From positions 1-64,000 of the forward strand of contig JBGSVZ010000062.1 of the NCBI GenBank assembly GCA_041752695.1: a stretch of DNA of 64,000 bases, given 5' to 3'. Each line of letters starts with the position of its first letter. The first letter of the stretch is position 1. Shown here piece after piece: positions 56,800 through 64,000 of this stretch. The position numbers were made by a program, and so were the translations under genes. The notes under the pieces were generated by a model. It saw nothing but the letters and a program-made list of their open reading frames with translations. It made no database searches and had not been told where the DNA came from. This DNA comes from Terrimicrobiaceae bacterium (GTDB lineage: Bacteria; Verrucomicrobiota; Verrucomicrobiia; Chthoniobacterales; Terrimicrobiaceae).

Positions 56800-57027
56800 A
56801 TGGAGGCAACAGTGACGGAGCTATTACGAGAATTTCCCCGAGTGCGCCGCGCGGTGCTGGCGGGGGAGACGGTCATCATCAAGGCTCGCGAGGGTGATAT
56901 GCGATTAACCCTGGATGCGTCGCAGACGGACTCGCGCATCGGGTGCATGCGCGGACTTGTGATCCAAAGCGATGAGGATATCGACCAACCGTCAACGGAT
57001 GACACGAGTTGGGACTCCAAATTGTGA
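56800..57027 (+). CDS. vapB: Type II antitoxin, Phd/YefM-like
   Basis: TVTEL...F..V...V.AGETVII pattern, 75 aa, acidic tail; GTGA overlap with the PIN toxin. Confidence 0.8.
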   Translation: MEATVTELLREFPRVRRAVLAGETVIIKAREGDMRLTLDASQTDSRIGCMRGLVIQSDEDIDQPSTDDTSWDSKL

Positions 57028-57410
57028 GAGTCCTGCTGGATACGCATGCCGTGGTCTGGGCGGCGGATGGAGATCATCGTTTGGGGACCGCTGCCACGAG
57101 TCTGCTAAAGTCCATGAATCCGGGCGAGGCGTTGATCTCTGACATCACATTGTTGGAAATCGCGATGCTGGTCAAAAAGGGCCGCATTCAACTTGCTGTT
57201 TCCAGCAAGGAATACCTTCGCAAGTTGCAACGGAACTATCCGCTCCTGACGATCACTTCCGAGATTGCCGCGATCGCAGTGGACCTCGATCTCCCGCACG
57301 GCGATCCGTTCGACCGAATCATTGTCGCCACCGCTCAACACCACGATCTGCTTCTCTTGACCCGTGACCAGGCCATCACCAACAGCGGTTTGGTGAAGAC
57401 CGCGTGGTGA
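57024..57410 (+). CDS. vapC: PIN domain toxin
   Basis: LLDTHAVVW, S.ITLLEI, HGDPFDRIIVATA and LLTRD motifs. Confidence 0.93.
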   Translation: MRVLLDTHAVVWAADGDHRLGTAATSLLKSMNPGEALISDITLLEIAMLVKKGRIQLAVSSKEYLRKLQRNYPLLTITSEIAAIAVDLDLPHGDPFDRIIVATAQHHDLLLLTRDQAITNSGLVKTAW

Positions 57411-57567
57411 GAGAACCTGGCTGTCGAGGCCGGTCACGAGCCTCGGAAGGGCGAGAATGATAAGTTATGGGACCCCTTAGGCCATTCCCAACATCCCTGC
57501 CTTAACAAGCCGGAAGCAGGGGAGTGCTCCCATCGGAAAACTCGCTTTTTTCTTTTCGGGATATCCC

Positions 57568-57782
57568 TTGCTAAACCCCCCTCCGCCCTTTAACAACGCA
57601 ATCGGTTGTCATGAATAGGGAATCTCAACGGCTCAATGGTTCGACGCGAAGGCGTCAGGGAACCGCGACCATTTTGCGCTTTACCAAGGCCGGAGTTTTC
57701 CTCCGGCTTTTTGTTTAGCGCAACCTTCCAGCTCGCGGACCGACTCGACGCACAATTTCAACCAACCAAACTTTCCCCTGCT
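57568..57782 (+). promoter_or_regulatory. Candidate promoter and structured 5' leader with terminator-like hairpin
   Basis: TTGCTA-17 nt-TAACAA; hairpin GGTTC-GACGC-GAAG-GCGTC-AGG-GAACC; GCCGGAG-TTTTC-CTCCGGC-TTTTTGTTT ending 66 nt before the ATG. Confidence 0.55.
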
Positions 57783-59282
57783 ATGAAAAACACATCCGAC
57801 CTTCAGATTCGCAATGGCCTCATCGCGCTGGCCACCTGCCTTGCCATCCATCCAGCCACCCTCCACGCCGCCGGGCTCACCGCCTCCGACGGCGCGTTGA
57901 ATGATATCTTCGGCAATTCCGTGAGTCTCTCGGGCAGCATCGGCCTCGTCGGGGCTGAAAGTGACGACATTGGAGCCAACGCCAACCAAGGCTCGGCCTA
58001 TGTCTTTCGCAGTCTGAATACGGCGACGGGCATGATCACCGAGAACGTGAAGCTCACCGCCTCCGACGGCGCGGCGAGTGATGGTTTCGGCTTTTCGGTG
58101 GGTCTATCGGGCAGCATCGGCCTCGTCGGGGCTAACTTTGACGATATTGGAGCCAACTCCAATCAAGGCTCGGCCTATGTCTTTCGCAATCTGGATACGG
58201 CCACGGGCAGCATCACCGAGAACGTGAAGCTCACCGCCTCCGACGGCGCGGCGAGTGATATCTTCGGCAATTCCGTGAGTCAATCGGGCAGCATCGGCCT
58301 CGTCGGGGCTAACGGTGACGATATTGGGGCCAACTCCAACCAAGGCTCGGCCTATGTCTTTCGCAGTCTGGATACGGCCACGGGTAGCATCACCGAGAAC
58401 GTGAAGCTCACCGCCTCCGACGGCGCGGCGAGTGATGGTTTCGGCATTTCCGTGAGTCAATCGGGCAGCATCGGCCTCGTCGGGGCTAGCGGTGACGATA
58501 TTGGAGCTAACGTCAACCAAGGCTCGGCCTATGTCTTTCGCAGTCTGGATACGGCCACGGGCATGATCACCGAGAACGTGAAGCTCACCGCCTCCGACGG
58601 CGCGGCGAGTGATTTGTTCGGCCGTTCGGTGGGTCTGGATGGCGATCAATTCATCATCGGCGCCAATGCCAAGAATTTTGGCACTGGCAAAGCCTACACC
58701 GGCAGCGTTGCCTCCGTCACCACCCTCGACACCGGCAGCACGAGCAAGACCATCTCCGGAATCAGCTTCATCACGCAGGACAACTGGATCATCGGCCAGA
58801 CGACCGATGCTAACATCGTGACTCTTTCCGCAGGCGATACGGCCAACGTCACTGCGAGCGGCAAAGCGGTTTATATCGGCCAGAACGCTGGTTCGGACAA
58901 CAACACGCTCATCGTCAACGGCAACGTCACGGCCAACGAACTCTACATCGGCGTGTTGGCGGGCAATGAGGGCAACACCCTGTCGCTCGATAGCACGGGT
59001 ACTTTCGCCATTAACTCCATTCGTCTGGCCCAGGAAAACTTTCTCGAAATCGAGGGTGACTACACGAATATCACCAGCCTCCTCGTCTACCTGGGAACCT
59101 CCAACCTCCAAGTCTGGACCGGCAGTCTGTGGGAAACCGTGGACAGTGTCGACTACAGCGTCCTCATCACCAGCAGCTTTAGCAGCGGCATAACCACCAT
59201 CCAAGCCATCCCCGAGCCTTCGACCTGTGTGTTGATCGGATTGGGCGCCGCCGTGATTCTCTTTCGCCGCCGCAAGGCGTGA
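57783..59282 (+). CDS. FG-GAP repeat protein with PEP-CTERM
   Basis: Signal peptide; KLTASDGA..D.FG.SV...LVGA...GSAYVF repeats; IPEPST-TM-RRRKA. Confidence 0.92.
   Translation: MKNTSDLQIRNGLIALATCLAIHPATLHAAGLTASDGALNDIFGNSVSLSGSIGLVGAESDDIGANANQGSAYVFRSLNTATGMITENVKLTASDGAASDGFGFSVGLSGSIGLVGANFDDIGANSNQGSAYVFRNLDTATGSITENVKLTASDGAASDIFGNSVSQSGSIGLVGANGDDIGANSNQGSAYVFRSLDTATGSITENVKLTASDGAASDGFGISVSQSGSIGLVGASGDDIGANVNQGSAYVFRSLDTATGMITENVKLTASDGAASDLFGRSVGLDGDQFIIGANAKNFGTGKAYTGSVASVTTLDTGSTSKTISGISFITQDNWIIGQTTDANIVTLSAGDTANVTASGKAVYIGQNAGSDNNTLIVNGNVTANELYIGVLAGNEGNTLSLDSTGTFAINSIRLAQENFLEIEGDYTNITSLLVYLGTSNLQVWTGSLWETVDSVDYSVLITSSFSSGITTIQAIPEPSTCVLIGLGAAVILFRRRKA
57876..58640 (+). repeat. 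177-bp intragenic tandem repeat (4 full copies plus a diverging fifth)
   Basis: CTCACCGCCTCCGACGGCGCG recurs at 57876, 58053, 58230, 58407 and 58584. Confidence 0.97.
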
Positions 59283-59332
59283 TGTCCTTACACCTGCTCC
59301 TGAGCTTAACCCGAAAACGGCGATTGAAGGCC

Positions 59333-59410
59333 CGGTAGGGATGGCTGTCCCAGCCGTCCGACTTGTTGCATTGGGAAGCGACGGACGGCGAGGGACCGCC
59401 GTCCCTACCG
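59333..59410. repeat. GTAG-class REP-like inverted pair
   Basis: CGGTAGGGATGGCTGTCCCAGCCGTCCG...CGGACGGCGAGGGACCGCCGTCCCTACCG; related half site at 56546-56572. Confidence 0.8.
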
Positions 59411-59487
59411 GGTGATCGATTTCGGCTATCGCCGTTTTCGGGAAACTCGGGATCTGGCGGCATTTTCTTGCAGATGCCGTCGCCTCC

Positions 59488-59775
59488 GGCTGGTCACGCA
59501 GCGTGCTGGTTCACCAACTCGACAACGGACTCCACAAGCGCGCAGGCCAAGCTCCGACCAATTTTGCCCTCTCCCTGCCGCCGATCCAATCCGACCTCGC
59601 GCGGGAAATGCTAAAAGAACCGCGTGATGCCGGGTTGCTCGGGCGCGAGACGAAGGGCGAGGTGGTGTTGGTGTCCCGGTTGCGCTTGGCGTTGGAGCGG
59701 CTCAATCCCGCGCTGCCGCCCGAAGCCAACCCCGCCGCCGTGGATGAATTGACCTGCGACCGTTCAGCGATCAGC
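59488..59775 (+). pseudogene. Fused fragments of YhcG/DUF1016 and type I restriction HsdR N-terminus
   Basis: GWSRSVLVHQLDNGLHKRAGQAPTNFALSLPPIQSDLAREMLKEP continues in frame into LLGRETKGEVVLVSRLRLALERLNPALPPEA. Confidence 0.7.
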
Positions 59776-60051
59776 CCATTTCTGGAAGCAGGTGGTTTGG
59801 TCGAGAATGGAAGATTTCACCAGAAATGGTATTTTCGCCACCCGGTGAAACACTAAATATTAGTGAAAGATGTAATTTTTTGATTTCACTAGATATGGGG
59901 TCTGGAAGGGGTCAGCCATTGGAAGTTGATCTTGAAAGCAAGCTTGGCGGAACCGGCCAGTTTGAAATAGTCGCGGAATTCTAGACCCCTTTCCCTTTCC
60001 GCTTCTTGCAGCGCAAGCTCCTCTCCCGGATGTGGACGGGGCCCGCTCGCA

Positions 60052-60705
60052 TCACGGGCGCTGCTCTGTGATTGCTCCGGGGAGGAACTCGACCCTCTCG
60101 AACTTGCCTGCATCCAGATCCCACGTGGCCCTCATGCGGGCGGTCCAATGAGGGCCCGGGGCGAGGTTGGGTTTGTTGTCGGCGGAGAGGTTGAGATCGA
60201 GTTTGCGGCCGCGGAAGACGAAGTCGGGACTTTCTGCGTCTTCGCTGGAGATGAAGATGATGGTTTCGGTTTCGGTGGGGAATTTTTCGAGGAGCCGTTT
60301 CCGGATATCCTGGAGGAAAATTTTTCGGGCCTCGTCGAGGACCGGATGGACGCGGGTGACTTTGTCGCCCTCCAATTCGTACACCCACAGGCCGGTGAGT
60401 CCCCATCGGCGGAATTGATGGATGGCGACGGTTGTGTTTCCGTTCCATTCGGCGAACACCTCCATGGTCGCACCCTGAGGCACGCCCGGGCGGATCTCGG
60501 CCAGGACTTTGTAGGGATCGAGCTGGACGAGAAGGTTTGGGGGTTCCTGGTCGGGTGGGGCGCTGCGATCGGGATACAGCAAGGCATATCGTCCGTCCGG
60601 CGAGAGGGATTTCTCGCCGATCTCGTAGCCGTCAGGGACCCCCGCGCTGACGGACGTGACGAGGACGGCTAGAAGGAAAAACAGGGTTGGTCGGCATCTT
60701 CCCAT
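60052..60705 (-). CDS. Hypothetical secreted protein
   Basis: Signal peptide ending VSA|G; SLSPDGRYALL. Confidence 0.7.
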   Translation of the reverse strand: MGRCRPTLFFLLAVLVTSVSAGVPDGYEIGEKSLSPDGRYALLYPDRSAPPDQEPPNLLVQLDPYKVLAEIRPGVPQGATMEVFAEWNGNTTVAIHQFRRWGLTGLWVYELEGDKVTRVHPVLDEARKIFLQDIRKRLLEKFPTETETIIFISSEDAESPDFVFRGRKLDLNLSADNKPNLAPGPHWTARMRATWDLDAGKFERVEFLPGAITEQRP

Positions 60706-60707
60706 CT

Positions 60708-61496
60708 TCAAGCGCGGCCGTCGGGAGATTTCTGAAAAGGCTGTTCATTCTTGGCGAGACGGGCGCGCTCGCCCACTTTGCCTGCTTTCCAAAAATCGGC
60801 GAACGACTGGTTTTTCACCTTTCCAACATTGGGGACCTTGTCCATCAGCCAGCAGAGCCATTTTGGAGGTTCTTCGGGGTCGTACTGGGGCACGATGCTG
60901 TTGAGGTCGTTGAGGGTTTTCAGGACCACGAAGACGAGGAAAAGGCCCCGGGCGCCCCCGGTCAGTGCGCCCGCCGCCATGCCGATGAGAATGGTCATGT
61001 GAATGATAAGGACACGGCCCATGTTGCGCTCGGCCATGACCTCGATCCACCGAAAGGGCCGACTCTTCATCTGGACCAGATCAATGAGGAAGTCCACGAT
61101 CTGAAAAGCAAGGATGAGGGCGCAGCCGAGGGTGAGTTCATGAAAGTTCAGCCGCACCTCCGCACCCCGGCCATTGGCGGTCATGATAAAAAACAGCGCC
61201 CCCAAAAATACCGCGTGGGCGGCCGAAAAGATCAGCGTGACCGGGAAGAAGTGTTGAAGAAAGGTCAGGTCGGCCTGGCGGCTTTTGTAGGCCTCGGGCT
61301 GGTCGTATTTGAAGTGTCCGCGCCGGGGCACCATCCGGCGGTGAACGAGCACCCGAAGTGCAATAAAGAGCGAGGCCAGCACGGTTTCAAACCAATAGAC
61401 GGCGAGGGTCGTGCCGGAATTCCAATCGCCGACAAACCAGCCGAGTGCAGGCACGGCATTGATTCCGAGGGCAGTGAGAATGCGCGGCAGTTTCAT
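60708..61496 (-). CDS. Hypothetical membrane protein (DUF6498-like)
   Basis: NAVPALGWFVGDW...VYWFET and RVLIIHMTIL; several TM helices. Confidence 0.7.
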   Translation of the reverse strand: MKLPRILTALGINAVPALGWFVGDWNSGTTLAVYWFETVLASLFIALRVLVHRRMVPRRGHFKYDQPEAYKSRQADLTFLQHFFPVTLIFSAAHAVFLGALFFIMTANGRGAEVRLNFHELTLGCALILAFQIVDFLIDLVQMKSRPFRWIEVMAERNMGRVLIIHMTILIGMAAGALTGGARGLFLVFVVLKTLNDLNSIVPQYDPEEPPKWLCWLMDKVPNVGKVKNQSFADFWKAGKVGERARLAKNEQPFQKSPDGRA

Positions 61497-61547
61497 GGAT
61501 GCGGTGACCCCTCTAGCACGGGCCGGCGGGAGAGAGAAGATCGGAGT

Positions 61548-61673
61548 TCACTGGTCACTGGTCACTGGTCACTGGTCACTGGTCACTGGTCACTGGTCAC
61601 TGGTCACTGGTCACTGGTCACTGGTCACTCGTCACTCGTCACTCGTCACTCGTCACTCGTCACTCGTCACTCG
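61548..61673 (+). repeat. Heptamer tandem array TCACTGG x11 + TCACTCG x7
   Basis: Direct count: 18 perfect units, 126 bp. Confidence 0.98.
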
Positions 61674-61683
61674 TTAACTAAAT

Positions 61684-61705
61684 TTAGAATAATTCTTGAT
61701 CAAGA
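61684..61705. promoter_or_regulatory. Candidate Fur/PerR-type operator
   Basis: TTAGAAT-A-ATTCTTG resembles the 7-1-7 Per box (TTATAAT-N-ATTATAA); overlaps palindrome TCTTGATCAAGA. Confidence 0.55.
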
Positions 61706-61730
61706 TTCGGTCGCACCTAAATTGACGTCC

Positions 61731-62162
61731 ATGAAACCTGCGGAACAAACCGGTTACGAGGAGACGATCAGCCATAGCGGCCATCGTCTCACGCCCCAGC
61801 GCCGGGAAGTTTATGACGTGCTGCTGGCGGAGCGGGACCATCCGACGGCGACGGAAGTTTTTCTTCGGGCCAAAAAGCGCATGCCTTCGATCTCGTTGGC
61901 GACCGTCTATAATTGCCTGGAGACCCTTGTATCCTGCGGCTTGGCCAAGCAGGTCAATGTCGAGCGCGATGCGACCCGATATTGCCCGAACGTGCAGGAG
62001 CACGGGCACTTTCTTTGCGAGAACTGCGGACGGGTGATGGACGTTCCCCTGGCCCCGGGCAAGCACTTGGCCCGCCTCTGGAACCTTCCCGAGGGACTCA
62101 CCGTCACCCACAGCGAAATCACCCTGCGAGGGCATTGCGGCGCCTGCTCCAGCAAATCGTAA
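61731..62162 (+). CDS. Fur family transcriptional regulator, PerR-like
   Basis: [27 protein letters not shown] and C-terminal CGAC motifs. Confidence 0.93.
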   Translation: MKPAEQTGYEETISHSGHRLTPQRREVYDVLLAERDHPTATEVFLRAKKRMPSISLATVYNCLETLVSCGLAKQVNVERDATRYCPNVQEHGHFLCENCGRVMDVPLAPGKHLARLWNLPEGLTVTHSEITLRGHCGACSSKS

Positions 62163-62181
62163 ATCTACCATCTTAAATTTC

Positions 62182-62937
62182 ATGAGCCTCAGCATTCAAA
62201 ATCTTCACGCCAACATCGGCGACCGCGAAATCCTCAAGGGACTCAACCTGGAGATCCCCAAGGGGGAAGTTCATGCCATCATGGGCAAGAACGGTTCCGG
62301 CAAAAGCACTCTCGCCAAGGTGATGGCCGGTCATCCGACCTATGAATTGACGTCCGGAGATGTCCTGCTCGACGGGCAGAGCATCCTGGGCCTGGAGCCG
62401 GACGAACGCTCGCGCGCGGGTCTGTTTCTGGCATTTCAATACCCGATGGAAGTTCCGGGAGTGACCATTGCAAACTTTCTCCGGGCCGCCCTGCAAGCCC
62501 GCCTGGCGGAAGGTGAGGAGATCGACGCGGTGGCGTATTACAAACAGCTCTACGTCAAGATGGACGCGCTGAAGATTCCCCGCACGTTCACTTCGCGGTT
62601 CGTCAACGACGGGTTTTCCGGCGGCGAAAAAAAACGCTGTGAGATTCTTCAGATGGCCATGCTGGATCCGCTCTATGCCGTGCTTGATGAAACGGACAGT
62701 GGGCTGGACATCGACGCGCTCAAGATTGTCTCCGAGGGGGTGAATGCCTTGCGGGGCCCGGAGCGTGGCCTTCTGGTTATTACCCATTATCAACGCCTGC
62801 TCGATTACATCGTGCCCGATGTCGTCCATGTGATGGTCGACGGGCGTATCGTGATGAGCGGAGAAAAGGATCTCGCCCTGAAACTCGAAGCCCAAGGCTA
62901 CGACTGGGTGGACAAGGAAGTGGCCGCGGCGGCTTGA
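62182..62937 (+). CDS. sufC: Fe-S cluster assembly ATPase
   Basis: [35 protein letters not shown] and ITHYQRLL motifs. Confidence 0.98.
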   Translation: MSLSIQNLHANIGDREILKGLNLEIPKGEVHAIMGKNGSGKSTLAKVMAGHPTYELTSGDVLLDGQSILGLEPDERSRAGLFLAFQYPMEVPGVTIANFLRAALQARLAEGEEIDAVAYYKQLYVKMDALKIPRTFTSRFVNDGFSGGEKKRCEILQMAMLDPLYAVLDETDSGLDIDALKIVSEGVNALRGPERGLLVITHYQRLLDYIVPDVVHVMVDGRIVMSGEKDLALKLEAQGYDWVDKEVAAAA

Positions 62938-62950
62938 ATAAGGAAAAATC

Positions 62951-64000
62951 ATGAGCACTGACACCAAACCCGACATCGGAATCGACCGTTCCGTCGGCGA
63001 TTTTCGTTACAATGTCGATTACACGTACGACGCCGGCACGGGTCTGAACGCAAAGACCATCGATTACATCGCGGACGTCAAAAACGACCCGGATTGGATT
63101 CGCGCTTTCCGTCATGAGGCGTACCGGAAGTTTCTTGAGAAACCCATGCCGACCCACTGGGCGAGCAAGGACCTGGAGAACATCATTTTCGACAATATCC
63201 GGTATTATCTTTCGCAGGGCACGCAGCCCAGCCGGTCCTGGGACGATGTGCCCGAGGAAATGAAGCTCACCTTTGAACGACTGGGCATCCCCGAGCAGGA
63301 GCGCAAGTTCCTCGCGGGCGTCGAGGCGCAGTTCGACAGCGAAGCCGCCTATTCCAACATCAAGGCTGCGGTGGGCGAACAGGGCGTGATTTTTGTCGGT
63401 TCCACCGAGGGCCTGCAGAAACATCCCGAGATCTTCCGCAAGTGGTTTGGCAAGGTCATTCCGACGGGAGACAACAAATTCAGCGCGCTGAACAGTGCCG
63501 TCTTCTCCGGCGGATCGTTCATCTACGTGCCTCCGGGTGTGAAAGTGAAACATCCGCTCCAGGCTTACTTCCGCATCAACGCGGAGAACTTCGGCCAGTT
63601 CGAGCGCACCCTGATCATTGCCGATGAGGGCAGCGAGGTGATGTACATGGAGGGCTGCACGGCGCCGAAGTTTGAAACGTCCACTTTGCATAGCGCGGTG
63701 GTGGAACTGGTGGCGATGAAGGGGGCGAAGATTCAATACGTGACCGTGCAGAATTGGTCGCCCAACGTCTTTAACCTCGTGACCAAGCGCGGCCTTGCTC
63801 ATGAGGAGGCTGAAATCAAATGGATCGATTGTAACATCGGGTCCCGCCTGACGATGAAATATCCGGGCGTGGTAATGAAAGGCCGCAAAGCCCGTGGCGA
63901 GGTGATCTCCATCGCGCTGGCCAGTGACGGACAGCATCAGGACACCGGCGCAAAGATGATTCATGCCGCCGATGAGACGACCAGCAACATTGTTTCCAAA
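62951..64000 (+). CDS. sufB: Fe-S cluster assembly protein SufB (partial, runs off the right edge)
   Basis: [50 protein letters not shown] and [11 protein letters not shown] motifs. Confidence 0.98.
   Translation, partial: MSTDTKPDIGIDRSVGDFRYNVDYTYDAGTGLNAKTIDYIADVKNDPDWIRAFRHEAYRKFLEKPMPTHWASKDLENIIFDNIRYYLSQGTQPSRSWDDVPEEMKLTFERLGIPEQERKFLAGVEAQFDSEAAYSNIKAAVGEQGVIFVGSTEGLQKHPEIFRKWFGKVIPTGDNKFSALNSAVFSGGSFIYVPPGVKVKHPLQAYFRINAENFGQFERTLIIADEGSEVMYMEGCTAPKFETSTLHSAVVELVAMKGAKIQYVTVQNWSPNVFNLVTKRGLAHEEAEIKWIDCNIGSRLTMKYPGVVMKGRKARGEVISIALASDGQHQDTGAKMIHAADETTSNIVSK

Noticed and set aside
57611..57670. Cobalamin riboswitch (AATAGGGAA)
   Set aside because: The expected downstream CGGTG...CCCGC and GCCACTG elements are missing.
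57876..58640. CRISPR array or confirmed diversity-generating retroelement
   Set aside because: The repeats are contiguous in-frame coding units; there is no reverse transcriptase or template repeat here, and some changes are not at adenines.
60687..61730. Long N-terminal extension of the Fur protein (491-aa ORF)
   Set aside because: It is read-through of the antisense strand of a membrane gene and the stop-free heptamer array; Fur homology starts at 61731.

Overview
A GC-rich bacterial chromosomal segment, most consistent with Verrucomicrobiota (inferred from PEP-CTERM proteins, a TIGR02597-like protein, a DUF1800/DUF1501 pair, an ECF sigma factor next to a Ser/Thr kinase, and Ala(-1) prepilin leaders). 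It contains the probable origin region (dnaA-dnaN), type II secretion pseudopilin genes (gspG-H-I-J-K-L), purF-purM, recD2, rimO, infA, argA, tRNA-Val(CAC), tRNA-Thr(UGU), a vapBC pair and the start of a Fur-family regulator-sufC-sufB operon. The best leads are: (1) a PerR-like regulator heading suf with Cys in place of a canonical Asp metal ligand, behind a palindromic operator and an 18-unit heptamer array; (2) a PEP-CTERM FG-GAP protein whose 177-bp repeats vary mainly at a few codons, behind a structured terminator-containing 5' leader; (3) related heptamer arrays that fill intergenic spaces in register; (4) an ECF/kinase/serpin cluster whose kinase carries a duplicated unknown sensor domain; (5) gene relics around tRNA-Thr (Tudor/Agenet-like fragment, YhcG-HsdR fusion); (6) several REP-like palindrome families, one translated inside the GspH leader. 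All family calls come from motif recognition by eye; no database search was run.
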